A DNA stretch of 64,000 bases. Source: Corallochytrium limacisporum Hawaii (taxonomy: Eukaryota; Protista; Pluriformea). Each line of letters starts with the position of its first letter. Position 1 is the stretch's first letter. The notes below the pieces were generated by a model. That model had not been told where the DNA came from. It worked only from the letters and a program-made list of their open reading frames with translations, and searched no databases. The translations under genes and the position numbers were made by a program. The stretch spans positions 23,439 to 87,438 of the forward strand of contig PDIP01000023.1 of the NCBI GenBank assembly GCA_002811645.1, read 5' to 3'. This document shows positions 45,346 to 58,240 of this stretch, in pieces.

Positions 45346-46608
45346 ATGATCTTTCGGGTCGGAAAGCTCGAGCATGGGGTGGCAACCCTGCTCACCAAGG
45401 AGCACTATGTTGTGGAGTGGCCACTAGCGCTTTTGCCAGAGGACTGTAGGCGCGAAGGCTCGGTTGTAGAAGTTGTCCTGGAGAAGGACCAATCATTGGA
45501 GGAAAAACGCTTGGAGCATATCATTGGCATTCAGGACATGATATTAAAAAAGGATGGGCAGTTATCCAATCACACAGCAGTCAGTGAAGAAACATCACAG
45601 GTAAAGAAAGATAAAGGTAAGGAACCAGTACCCATAGAGACAACTTCTGTCGATACTAATCCTGTGGAGACGGCTCCGGTGGAAACGGTTGCTGCAGCTG
45701 CGGCCACTGCTGCAGTGGCTGAAGAAGCGGTAGAAGAGGTCAACAAGGAATCAGATCCTGAGGAACAAGAGCCTGCACAGGTCCCCGAGCCTGAAGTAGA
45801 GCCAGAATCAGACGTTGAGCCTGAACCGACGGCTACTACAGCAAAGCCTGCCTTAGAACCCGAAGCAGAGATTCAAACAGAACCAAACCCGGAGCCGGCG
45901 GTATATCCCGTGCCAGAGGTTGTACCAGATCTGACACCAGATTCGGAACCGGAACAGGAGCATGAACAGAACGCATCACCAGAGCCTGAAGAGGACGCAG
46001 CACCGGAACCTGAACCAGAAGCACCTGTTACGGATGCGGAAGTGAAACCAGAACAAGCAGTACCTGAGGCTGAAGAAGAAGGGGAGTCTGTAGCGGTGGT
46101 CCCTGAGGAATTGACTGGACCAGCAGGAGGAGCAGCACCCTTGATCGTGAAGGGCAATGAAGCGAGCGAGGACGAGGGCTCCCCGATCGTAGAAGAGCCG
46201 AACAAACCTGTGAAAGATGAACTATTGAATGAGGAACCCTTGCTCGATGTGGAAGATGGGGGTGTTGAGGTTTCCCAATCCCTGCAGGTCGATCCGGCAG
46301 GCGTACCCGCAGAGACAGGGACCATTGAGTCGGCGACTGATGGCAACGAGCTTACCGCTGATGATATCCTGGTTGATGATGACAACAAGCTAGCGTCCGA
46401 TCCGTCCCTTGAAAAGGATGAGCTTGAGGAGGTTGCACCTATTGTCACTGACAAGGTGTCTGCCCAAGAGCCTTCCGTAGGGCAGCTCATCGATTTCGGA
46501 GGCGACAACGATGATATCGCGGACAACATGACCACTGACGCCGCATTTCCCGATGGCACTCCGCCTTCCAAGCCTCCAGAGGGCTTCTCAGTTGACGACA
46601 TGATTTGA
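45346..46608 (+). CDS. Chs5 N-terminal-domain protein with long acidic E/P-rich tail
   Basis: The N-terminus VGKLEHGVATLLTKEHYVVEWPLALLP...GSVV...IQDMIL parallels the recalled yeast Chs5 [27 protein letters not shown]...GSII...IQAKIL; the rest is low-complexity acidic sequence. Confidence 0.72.
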   Translation: MIFRVGKLEHGVATLLTKEHYVVEWPLALLPEDCRREGSVVEVVLEKDQSLEEKRLEHIIGIQDMILKKDGQLSNHTAVSEETSQVKKDKGKEPVPIETTSVDTNPVETAPVETVAAAAATAAVAEEAVEEVNKESDPEEQEPAQVPEPEVEPESDVEPEPTATTAKPALEPEAEIQTEPNPEPAVYPVPEVVPDLTPDSEPEQEHEQNASPEPEEDAAPEPEPEAPVTDAEVKPEQAVPEAEEEGESVAVVPEELTGPAGGAAPLIVKGNEASEDEGSPIVEEPNKPVKDELLNEEPLLDVEDGGVEVSQSLQVDPAGVPAETGTIESATDGNELTADDILVDDDNKLASDPSLEKDELEEVAPIVTDKVSAQEPSVGQLIDFGGDNDDIADNMTTDAAFPDGTPPSKPPEGFSVDDMI

Positions 46609-47308
46609 GTATTGTCACGTCCAGGTGTATAAACAAGAATTTAGTAGTCTTATAGAAACATTACAGCATCAGATTTAGTGACAATTAGCCCTTTGAGCTA
46701 TGAAGGATAGGTGTGTCGTCCTTTGCAACCTTAAGCAGTGCCCTGGGATCACTGCGATTTGCAGACCCGCCACTCGTCTCACCACCCTCTCGGTGATCCC
46801 CGACGCGCGAGTAATCCGATTGACAGTAAACAGCGGCGAGTGTAAAGAGAAAGAAAAATCCTTCAACGAAGAATTCGTTACGCTCCGGTACAACCTCCTT
46901 CGCGGTCCCGGAGGCAAAACAATAATGGCCGAGAAAGAGGAAAGCCAGGCCAGTAATTGGTAGGGTACCACCGCTCCCAAAATAAATCTGGTGGGAAGAG
47001 AGGCAAGATATTGGTGGGGTTCGCTTTGGGTTGGCAGCGCAAGAAAGGGAAAACACGGTCGAGTGGGAGCGGGGCGATCGAGACAGATACGCTGGAGCCG
47101 CGGGGGGGAGAGCTGCTGACAGGCATCGTTAGCAGGGCGTTGTTTGGAGGGCTCGCAATGGTGGAAGGTATGAAAGCGTCCTGGGGCTCTGAAGTATTCC
47201 GTTCCTCGTCATGAAAAAAGATTGCGCTCGATCGACAAGACAGATGTGAAAAACAGTCGTAAAGCCAAATTCCGGCGGGTTTGCAGAAGTATACAAATTG
47301 GGGCGTAA

Positions 47309-47875
<567 letters not shown>

Positions 47876-47965
47876 ACGCCACATCCATTTGGCCATGGAA
47901 TATTTATACATACATATATGTACATACATGAAACTACGAAATTTTATCCTTTTGGTGCTTGACTA

Positions 47966-49201
47966 CTATTCAATGTCAGCGTAAGGGTCTGTCGGGAGAT
48001 CAGGAACGAACGCCTCAAGAGGCTTTGTTTCCGTCACCGTCTGATCGAGGACAAACTCATTTACTTTCTTTCGCCAGACGCGGACTATCTCTAGGCGCTT
48101 GCTGCGTAGGCGGCGCTGGTACCTCTCGGTCATTTCCTGCGCCTTACGATCAATCTTGTACAGGGGCACTGGCACCTCTCCACCAGGCGGTACGCAGGCC
48201 TTAAGTGTCTTTTCAAGATCCGCGTAAAGGAAGATAGGGTCATCTTGTAACGGCACTGGCATAAACTTTTCTGATTCCACAAGCTCCTCAAAAAGTGTGC
48301 AAGCCCGGTCATGGTACACCAATGCCGCCTTCGGGTTCTTCCCTCCATCCCGCAAGAAGTTTCCAATTGCGCGCAAGGCCTTTATGTCCTGGTTGAAATG
48401 TTTGCTAATGGCCTTGAAGACTTGATCAGCGTGCTGCACATCATTCGCGCCTTCCCAAAAGAAATTGCCAGCACGGATATACATCTCAGAATCCCTTGAC
48501 CCTTCAGCCAGCATCGCCACAAACATGGATCGTGCAGTATCCACATCATCACGCACACGCCATAGAAAATCAGCGTAGAGCAAAGGAGGTGCTCCAGGGT
48601 TGCGTAATACCATCTCTTTGTACCACCGTTCCGCCTCATCATATTCACCCTTTGTTTCCAGTAAACGTGCCAATCGGATACCGCAGGCGAGATTTCCTGG
48701 ATCGTGCATTAAACCATGGCGAAAACACTGTTCGGCACGATCAACATACCCCGCTTCATTGTAGAAAACACCCTGCAATGCAAGAACCTTGACACGGGCA
48801 GGCACATCCAAACTATCTGTATACTGCAGAAAGGCTTCGAAGGACTCTGCAAAGTCATGGGATTTAATTCCCTGACGTTCACGAGCTTTCAAATCTAGCA
48901 TAGTGATCTCTGGTGAATCAAAGGTTTCACTGTATCTCTGTGTCAAATCGTCAAGGCGGGCCTGAAGACGCGTCTCAAAATCGTCTGCTGTGAGCTCAGC
49001 TGCTTCGGCTTGGGCCGTCCTACCAGAGGCCAAGAGCCCTGCTGTGAGCAAGGTACCTGCCAGGCCACTAGCAACCATTGAAATTCTATTTCCCCATGTT
49101 TGTGATTGCCTTTGTGTAGATTGTGTTCCATATGAGCGACGAAATATTGCAATTCTGGACACACACTGGCGGCGGGCCGCGCCCCTAACTATGTTCAACA
49201 T
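47966..49201 (-). CDS. Putative mitochondrial TPR-repeat protein
   Basis: Arg-rich presequence, hydrophobic segment ending in AQA, then helical TPR-like repeats (AEQCFRHGL, AERWYKEMV, LYADFLW). Confidence 0.7.
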   Translation of the reverse strand: MLNIVRGAARRQCVSRIAIFRRSYGTQSTQRQSQTWGNRISMVASGLAGTLLTAGLLASGRTAQAEAAELTADDFETRLQARLDDLTQRYSETFDSPEITMLDLKARERQGIKSHDFAESFEAFLQYTDSLDVPARVKVLALQGVFYNEAGYVDRAEQCFRHGLMHDPGNLACGIRLARLLETKGEYDEAERWYKEMVLRNPGAPPLLYADFLWRVRDDVDTARSMFVAMLAEGSRDSEMYIRAGNFFWEGANDVQHADQVFKAISKHFNQDIKALRAIGNFLRDGGKNPKAALVYHDRACTLFEELVESEKFMPVPLQDDPIFLYADLEKTLKACVPPGGEVPVPLYKIDRKAQEMTERYQRRLRSKRLEIVRVWRKKVNEFVLDQTVTETKPLEAFVPDLPTDPYADIE

Positions 49202-50091
49202 TTTCTATCTAGGTTTCTCTATCCGCGTCAACATTCACTACATGATCTTATTCCATTTTTCCCTGATATTCTACAACTATAAATTGTCGATGTGCATGGT
49301 TCGGTGGAGTACAAGCTTGGATATCCTTCATACCTCACTATAAAAATTCCATAAATAACACCCACACGGGAGAGATTCCGTGGGGAGATTGGGAGCGACG
49401 GAGAGATAACAGCCAGTTGCAAAATCTATCGAATAAACGAATCAATTAAATTGATCATTAAATTTCGGGTCGGGCCAATCAGAGGTCGACAGCTGGTGCC
49501 CTATGGACCAAGGGGGATGGAGGGGGCTCCCGTCGGGGCATAATTGACAACCAGCAAAAACAAAAACGTAAGAAACACGGAGAGGGACGGGTAGAGTGAG
49601 TACACAGCGATTGCCCAGAGAGAAAGAAAGGAGGGAGAAGGGGGTTGGGTTCCGGTTTGGGTGGGGGGGAGGTACTCACTGGTGGCCTGCCCCATGAGAA
49701 CTGGGGGAAGGGTTTGCATACTAAACGCATAGACCATCACACCGGCGGCGCAGTAGACAGCATCTCCCCTCGCTTGAGATAAACAGACGGTTTCGTGACC
49801 CTTGAACTAAGCCATTCATTGCCTAAGTTCGTGAACGGAACGGCCCACACAACACACCGCAGCAGGGTTTATAGATCCGTAGTGAGCTGTTCCTGCTGTT
49901 GAATGACAGGAAGGTTAGCAGAACCAAGTAATCTAGCATCGTCCATTGTTAAATGCTACTTGCTTTAAGTGTCAAATCTCTGTGTGTTCAGGTACTTGCG
50001 AGGATAGTGCTCTTCGTGGTTGCCAGCCGTACAGTCTACAGCATGTTTCTGTTGTATAGAGATCTCGTACTGTAGGTTTTGACTTGTAAGC

Positions 50092-50631
50092 ATGAAATCC
50101 CTTACTTGGATCTCACTGGCCGCTGGCCTGGCCATGACCGCTTCTGCACGCAGTAAGGACCCTCAAGAATGTGAGGTATGTATCAAGGTTTTGACCGCTG
50201 TGGAGGAAAAAATGGAATCTAGCCACTTTGGCAACGAGGAAAAGACTGTCGAGCTCATTGAAGAGATCTGCAAGGAATACGACCATGAGTCCAAGGAGCA
50301 CACCCTTTGTTACTACATTGGAGGTCTGGAGATCAGTGCCACGGGCATCACTCGCGAGGCTGCTCGCCCTCTGACTAACGGTATCCCTGTACAGAAGGTC
50401 TGCGACAAATTAAAAAAGAAGGATTCTGAGATTTGCGCCCTCAAGTACGACAAGCCCATCGACCTGAACGAGGTCAAATTGGAGAAGCTTAAGATGAAGC
50501 AGCTGAAGAAAATTCTTCGAGACTGGGGTGAGCAAAAGGCATGCGCAAACTGTGTCGAGAAATCTGAGTACATCAAGATCATCCGGGAACTGCGGCCCAA
50601 GTACGACCCCACCTACAATGATGAGCTGTGA
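50092..50631 (+). CDS. MANF: MANF/ARMET (CDNF family) ER protein
   Basis: Signal peptide, CEVC, LCYYIGG, CDKLKKKDSEICALKY, LKKILRDWGE, CXXC (CANC), C-terminal NDEL. Confidence 0.93.
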   Translation: MKSLTWISLAAGLAMTASARSKDPQECEVCIKVLTAVEEKMESSHFGNEEKTVELIEEICKEYDHESKEHTLCYYIGGLEISATGITREAARPLTNGIPVQKVCDKLKKKDSEICALKYDKPIDLNEVKLEKLKMKQLKKILRDWGEQKACANCVEKSEYIKIIRELRPKYDPTYNDEL

Positions 50632-50824
50632 AGTGGACAGAAATCCAAATCTAACGTATCCATAGTCCCACAACATTCCACAAAGAACCAGATACTCAAT
50701 AAATGATAGAATCAACGACGTATGATAATGACAAAATATTCATGTAAATTAGTAGACAAGACAACAAAAGATTGTCCACGGTATCGTTCGGGTGACAAGA
50801 CGTGTCATAAAGTTCTGCTGTAAG

Positions 50825-52470
50825 CTATTTGTTGTTACCGTCGAACTGCCATGGCAGGAACGAACTATCCTGGTTGTTCGAATTATCCGTAGCGCCGCTA
50901 GTTTGGTTTGCACCACCAGAGTACCACATCACAGAGGGATTGTTCTTGTCCGCGGGGTTGGCATCTGATGTCTGTGCAGCGTCAAAGCCCATGATGCCGC
51001 CAAAGTCGCTCTCCTGGGCAAATTGGCTCGGATCGCTGAAATCGTATGTTCCACTAATCGCAGAGCTGTCGGCGGGGCCCCCAAGGCCACTGAATCCACC
51101 ACTAGGTGCATTGCCGGACGCCTTGTTGCCACCTGGGCCACCAGAGGACCACAGTTGCTGGTTATCCTGGCCGCTGGCGGCTGTGGCACCGGACGATGCA
51201 TAGGCATCGGGACCTCCGAAGAAGCCCGTACCGCCAGCATTAGGAAATCCAGTGCCCTTGTTAGCACCTGCTCGGGAAGCGGCCGAGTTTGGTGCAGTAG
51301 CGGACAGTTGGCCTCCTCCGGGGCGGATGGGAGCACCTCGGTTGGGCCCCGTGTTGCCAGTGTTGCGGTACGGAGCCGTTTGCCTCCCACCACGACCGCT
51401 GCCAGGCTGAGACTTGCTTTGGAGACGTCCGCCAGCGGCATTGCCCTGTTGTGCGGTGTAAGAACCAGGGCCAGGAGTGTCGTTCTTGCGCCCACCAGCG
51501 GGATCATTGCCGCTTAGAGTGCTGTCAAAACCGTAATCAAAGCCAAGACCAAGCTCGGAAGGTCCTCCAAGGCCGGGCACGCCGCTTTGCTGCGGTCGCT
51601 GCTGACCTCCGCCTGCCCGACTGTCGTACGGAACGGTTCCGGGGATGTTCGGGCTGGGATTGCGGGCAAAATCAAAGCCACTCGGACCCTGGCCACCAAG
51701 ACCAAGGTTGCCGCCTGCCACCTGTCCACCGGCAGCGCCAGCAGCGGCGGGATTGCCGTACATTCCAGACCAGCCCTGACCAGCACCACGACCCGCTCCA
51801 CTGTAGCCACCGGCACCGGCACCGCCGGCGGCGGATGAGTAGATAGAACCTCCACTGATTGGGTCCCACATGCCGCTGTTGCCCAAGTCACTATTGCCGT
51901 ACGCATCGTAACCACCCTTCTTCTGAGCTCCGGATGCTCCCGTCTGGCCACCGCTCATGACACCCCCTAGTCCGTCAAAGTAGTTGCTGCCAGAAGCAAA
52001 GCCAGCTTGTCCTCCAAGAGCAAACTGGGACTGCTTTCCCTGGTTGGGTAGACCACCACTTTGCCTCATGCCCAAGCTGTACATTTGCTGCTGCTGGGCG
52101 TAAGATGCAGCCGTCAGGCTACCAGGAACATTGCCTCCCATACTGTAGACACCAGATGCACTACCTCCGACACCAGAGAAGAGTTCGGGCGTATGAGCAG
52201 CGGCCCGGTTCGGCAGACCTCCTTGCTGAGCCATGTTGGGACCTCCCATGGACATCACGTTCTGTTGCTGCATTCCACCGTACTGCTGTCTCTGACCGTA
52301 CTGCTGCGGGCCCAGACCTGGCATTTGCCCAGTTTGCATAGGCGGCATACCAGAGACCTGTTGGCCTGGACGACCTGGCTGCTGACCGGGTGTTGCACGC
52401 GCAGCCGACTGACGACGGGCCCGAGTCTGCTGTTGCTGTTGCTGTTTCTGCTGTTGTTGCTGCTGCTGCT

Positions 52471-52502
<32 letters not shown>

Positions 52503-52503
52503 T

Positions 52504-52535
<32 letters not shown>

Positions 52536-52899
52536 TGCTGTGGTTGTTGCTGCAGCTGCTGTTGCTGCTGTTGCTGCTGCTGTTGTGGCTGCTGTTGTTG
52601 GGATTGCTGCTGTAGCACCTGCTGCTGTTGTTGGGGCTGCCGAGCCTGCTGCTGAGGCAGACGTGCCTGTTGCTGAGGCTGACGAGATGGCTGCTGAGGC
52701 TGTCGAGATGGCTGCTGAGGCTGACGAGATGGTTGCTGAGGCTGACGAGACGGTTGTTGGAGACCAGCAGGTTGCTGCTGACGTCCCTGCTGTTGACCTG
52801 GCATTGGTTGACGACCCATGCCTTGCTGTTGACGCTGAATACTGCCTGTTTGCGCTTGTGCCTGTGCCTGCGCCTGTGCCTGTGCCTGCGCCTGTGCCT

Positions 52900-52939
<40 letters not shown>

Positions 52940-54544
52940 TTGTGCCTGCGCCTGCATTTGCGCCAGCATCTGCGGCTGCTGCTGAGGCTTTCTTCCTTGT
53001 GGTGGCTGCATATGCGGCGCCATTCCCATCTGCGAAGCTCCACTTCCACTCTGTCTCTGCGGTCCCCGCTGTGCGGCATTCATCTGAGCCTGCATGTACT
53101 GAGAATGGGTGGGCACTTGTGCTGCAGGCTTGTCCTGTTGTGACCGCTGAGGAGTCCTTGAGCCACCACTGCTGCTGCCGTAGCTGCCTGGTTGCTTCTG
53201 ACTACCCGACAAGGTCTGACGTTGCACTGGTTTAGGAGGTCCGACCTGCTGGGGCAAGGTACCCTTAGACTGAGACTGGCGCGGCTGCGGCTGAGGAGGA
53301 CGTGCTGCCTGGGAGTTGGCCTGTTTCGTTGTCCTCTGGAAGGAAGCCTGGCTGTGGAAGGGCAGCGCCTGATATTGGTATGTCATAGGACTCGCTTCCT
53401 TCTCCCCTTGTGACGTAGAGCTGCCCAAGCTTGCCATTCCGCCGTAAGTCTGAGGACCTCCCAGCATTCCCGGACCAGCATTGTAAATGGAGGTGAAACT
53501 GCCAATACCTGCAGAGCCCATGCTGGGTGAACTTGAACTGCTTCCGACACTCTGTCTTGCTGCTGCAGTCTTTGCAGCCTGTGCTTTCTTTGATTCTTTG
53601 AGGCCTTTCTTTGTCTGGGCCTTGATTGGTAAGGGCTCCGATTCAGGAACTTCCTGAGGTTCGGACGCAGCCGCTTCCTTCTTAGACTTCTTCAATTTGC
53701 CCCTAGGCACGGGTTTGGGTATGCTCGGCAATTCCACATCCATCTTGTCTCCTTGCCCACCGTAAGCGGCTTGCGGAACGAGTCCTGAAGGCATTGAAAG
53801 GTCTGGCATCTCTGGGCCTGTGAGGCCTGCCGTAGAGCCCTTCTTCTTGCTTGACTTCTTATGTGGTACCTTGCCAACCAGGCCAGCTGTTGCAAGGTCA
53901 ACGGCCTCAGCCGCCAGCGCTGCAGGATCCGGTACTGGTGCAGTCTTCTGAATTCGTCCCTTCTTCTGGTGCACTGGCTTTGAGAAATTTGAATAGTAAT
54001 ACTCCTCCAAATTCTTTGCTTCTCCCTTTTTGATTGCTTTTGCGGCGGCATTTAACATCTTCGTATTAAAGATCAGACGCCCGTTGGAAGTCGGTTGCGC
54101 ATTGGCAGCCGCAGCCATCGCTGCGGCAGCAGCGGCAGCGTCCGTGTTCATGGCGGTGGGCCCATTGGCTGGACCACCGAATAGGGCTGCTGCTGCTGCT
54201 GCGGCAGCGAGATCAGCTGCACTGGCAGTGTCTCTGCGGTCCATTTTCTTGTTCTTGGCAACTCCCTTGGCAGGTCCCTTGGCATCTCCTTTGGCAGTCT
54301 TTGCGACTCCTTTCTTAATTCCTTTTGTGCCCTTGCCCTTGACTGCAGTCTTTTGCGCACCCTGAGTCGCTTCCAATGCAGCCATAATCGCTGCCGACGC
54401 GAGTTCATTTTTCTGTTTTGCCTTGGCCTTTGCCTGTGCTTTCTGCTTGGCCGGCTGTGCTTTTTTAGACTGTGATTTCTTTGATTTTGGTTCGCCGTGT
54501 GGCACCGCCGACCAGGCGGCCACGGGACCTTTCTTTGGTGGCAT
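50825..54544 (-). CDS. Large low-complexity protein (K/A-rich N-terminus, polyQ core, G/S/Y-rich C-terminus)
   Basis: 1239-codon ORF with ATG in an AT-rich context; no globular domain recognised. Confidence 0.8.
52428..52954 (-). repeat. Coding repeats: polyQ (CAG/CAA), 21-nt QPSRQPQ tandem units, 6-nt (QA)n
   Basis: CTG/TTG runs at about 52428-52630, GGCTGCTGAGGCTGACGAGAT-like units at about 52650-52760, CCTGTG/CCTGCG units at about 52850-52954. Confidence 0.9.
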
Positions 54545-55253
54545 TATGTGTTGAACGAAATATTATTTATACATCTGTGTCTGTTCTTCTTTAAACATTC
54601 AATTTCTGAATCCCTGTTCATGCGAAACACATGTTTAGATCCCTGTACAGTACTTTGCTTGTCGTTTTGAGCTTAGATATGTTCTGCAACGTTGAACCAA
54701 ATAGAGACTTAGAATGTTTAATTGCTATCACTGCCAAGCATGGAAGACTTCACACTCACCACCCTGAAATAGCATTTGTGATTCATAGAGCCCTGTACTG
54801 CAGTCCATGCCTTCGGCTACCAAAAAGACCGACAACAGGTAGCATTGTATCATTGTACGCAATGAACCGTTATTTTTCTTTACACACACGACCACGTCCA
54901 CGTAGAGTGCGCTGTCCCATCTTTTGCGGTTACTGTTCAGCCACTCCAGGACGAGAAACCGGTCAACCAAACTCACAAAAGCCACCCCGAAATGTGAGCG
55001 CTAAAAAGGACAGTATCAGTCGTCATACGCTCAGACGAGAAATTTATCTTGGACCGAGGAATGGCTTTATTTAACCGCTATATCCCCCCTTCCCTTTGCA
55101 CATCATTTTCTTGTTCTGTCTCCGATTCAACCCCCTGCGTTGGCTATTGACCCCTCTTTCCCTATTTTTTTTGTTTTTTTTTTGCAAGACTTGGTGGGTA
55201 CCCCTCTCTTCCCCCTCCCCCTTCCCCGTCCTTCCTTCGCCCCGCGGTGACAT

Positions 55254-55432
55254 TCTCTCTCTCTCTCTCTCTCTGCTCTTTACATTTTTCTTCTGAGGCA
55301 CTTTCCTTCCCAGCTGTCACCTCAGAAGGGCAGAGGCAGGGAGAGGGAAGGAGGGGTGTTTGCTGAGCCACATCATTCCCGAACGCTGCCACTTTTGCAC
55401 GCACACACGCACAAGCACACACACACACACAC
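55254..55432. repeat. (TC)n and imperfect (CA)n microsatellites
   Basis: About ten TC units at 55254-55274 and a CA-rich run at about 55399-55432; another (GT)n near 55899. Confidence 0.8.
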
Positions 55433-58240
55433 AGAGCGCGCCTCCCAATCCCCGACACGCCCCCCCCCTGGAAGAGCGCAGAGAAACCGCCAAAGCCCCG
55501 AGTTTTTTTTAACCTTCCAACTCGACGCAACCACCTAACCCACCCACCTCGTCCTGTGTCGCGCTTGACCCCTATGGATAGGAAGTTTTGGGAACACGCT
55601 GGTGAATATAGCGATAATTCTCAGGGGGTCACCCATTTTTTTTCTCCGCGTTCACAACTCTCACAGGGCTCTACTGACAGTCAGGGGAGCTAAGCGCCAA
55701 AGGGGGGCTCACGGTGTATTTTAGGCAGCGGGGCACACTGTCGCGGTTGTGTGCCCGCTGGCACTACCTGGGCCCGGGGAGGGAACCACCCTCGCGCCTC
55801 TAAACTACGTGTCAAGGTTTTGCATGTTTGAAGCCCATTTCTATCTCTGTCGCCATCTTCCTGGTTGATGAGCACCTTCGGCCGCGCCTTTGTCCCCAGT
55901 GTGTGTGTGTGTGCGCGTGTTCGTAAGTGTGCGTGTGCTTTCCCGATTCCTTCGTCTGGCTTTTCGCACCGGAGAGAACACCGTCGTCGTGTTGTAGCGT
56001 AATGTCCACAGCAGCGGCATTCCTGGTTCATTTTCTTTGTGTTGTCGTTTTAGGTACGTGGAATGGTTGCGCGGTTCGTCTGAGAGGGGGGCGCGCGGGA
56101 GAGACGGACGTTGAGGAGAGCTCCCCCTCAGGTGCGCAGCAAAAGGACAAAAGTGAGAGACAGCAACACGCGTTGAAAAAAAAACGCCGCTCGGGCCCCG
56201 CTGTTTCGGCCGCTGCGTACCGCAGCTGAGCGTGCGCGCCATTGCTGGGCCCATCCCAAGGTTCGGGTTGGTCCCGTGGTGGTGGTGGTTGAAGCCCGCG
56301 CAAAAAATCTTGTGCTTTTATTTTTCCCTTTTTTTTTGGTACAGCGGAGCGAAACCCCCCCCCCCCCCGGGGGAAGGGTGGGAGTCAAGCGCGAAATCTT
56401 GGGCACGTCTTGACCGGAGGTGTGAGGGAAGAGGGAGACAGGAAGGGGCCCCCCGGGGAAAGGGGGGGGTCTCTTTCTCCGCCACGGGCTTTTTGGATCC
56501 TGGGTGGGTTTGGCTAAGGAGAGCGGGGTCCATTTCTGGCAATTTTGTTGTAGGCCAGGGACGTAATTAGCAGCAGCCGCGACGTTGGGGTCTGGGTTTT
56601 CTATGGATTTTGGCTTGGCAGTTTCACTTGGCTTTTTGCTTTGTGGCTGGTCAGCAGAGTAGCGGGTGTTGGCCCAGCGGCTCAGCCGCGGCTGGGAGGA
56701 AGGGGTCAGTGGCATCAGCAAAAGATTGCTCATGATCCCGCACTTCTCTCAAGGCTGCATGCTGTCGCTGTAAATGGATAGGCTTTCATGCCTGGCTGGG
56801 TGCACAATATGTCCACTTCGTTGTTGGGCGTTGAAGATTCTGATGACCAGCAATGGTATGTCCTAAGACATAGTCTCGAATGATCATTGCAGGCAGGTAC
56901 GCCAAGATCATTCCTGTGGGGACATCGTGCCCAAGAAACTCAGATGTCATCTCATCCTATCTGTGCTCCGGTCTCGTAGCAGAAGACACCTAACGTGTAA
57001 TGTGCGATGGATGCCTAGACCAGCAGTGCCAATACAAAGCACCCACCAACAATGAAGACGTAATAAGTTTGCACCAAACCCGCGATACCGGCAACAGAGT
57101 CGGCAGAAGCGGACTTTTGGTACGCAGTTTTCGTCATCAGAGTTCCTCCCGCACTGATGCGCTGGTTGTCGGTTCTCCGTGGCTACCCTTCCTTGAAGAA
57201 GTGACATGTTGCGTTCCTCACAGTTCACTATAGCAAGCGGATTGCCTCTGGCTTGCGCACAATTAGTTCTCTATCCGCAGAGCGCCCCTAATCAATCCCC
57301 CTTCGACCACGATAAGCGGTGCGGGGTCCCTTTTCCAGCACCTCGATTTTTGGCAGACGGAAGGGCCACAGACCGCGGTGCCGTCCAGTCCGTATACATT
57401 TTCTATTGAGAAAAAACCCCGAAGAGAGATCTCGGAGTTCTTGGCGGTACACGGATGGTCTATAACTAAGCGGTGGAAAATTGGGAAGGAGTGAGTAGAG
57501 GTTCCACAATACAAACTACAAAAGCCATACATTCAATATTTATATTTCCATCGGCCGACCTGGTGGAGCTTTTGGGCGGGGTGCATTGATGGCCATCTAT
57601 ACCCCTCCCAATGCACCGTGTGTGGGAACTTTTTTGCTGCATTGTGAAGAAGATAAATCCAATGTATTACAGATGGTGGTAGCAGACACACTGTGAATCT
57701 ATGGAGAAATGATTCCACCCCTGGTTGGTACACGCCGTCGTGTGTATTGCCTGTTGATGGCCCTGTGAGCCCACTACGCTCCTCACAGACGGAAAAGAAT
57801 GGGATCGCGTGGCGCCCCTCCTTGTGTGCCGTCAGCAAGGCGAAAGGGAGAGCCGGTAACGATGGAATCCGGGCCGGATCAGAGGAGCACTGATCCAAGC
57901 CCTTGCAGTCGTGAGCCGTGCAAACGTTCGTTTCTGCGCAGGACAAGCGTGTTTTGGATCTGGGGTCTGCTAGAGTAAGTAGCAAGTGTCGTAGGAGTCG
58001 TTGCTGTGAGTTGTAGGGACGAAAGCGGCAAGGCATGATGTCTTGCTGGTGACAACAGAGACTACACCTTGCGCTATCTGTTTGTGAAAGCTAGTTGAGA
58101 TCAGTGAGCACTGTGTCTGATGAAGGGCGGAGCAGGGTCGTGGTAGGGTCTGTAGAAGATAATTAGTAGTACACAGAATGCCTTTCCGGTGATTGTATCA
58201 CACTGTTGAAGGTAACATCATTGCCTGCAGATCATACACA

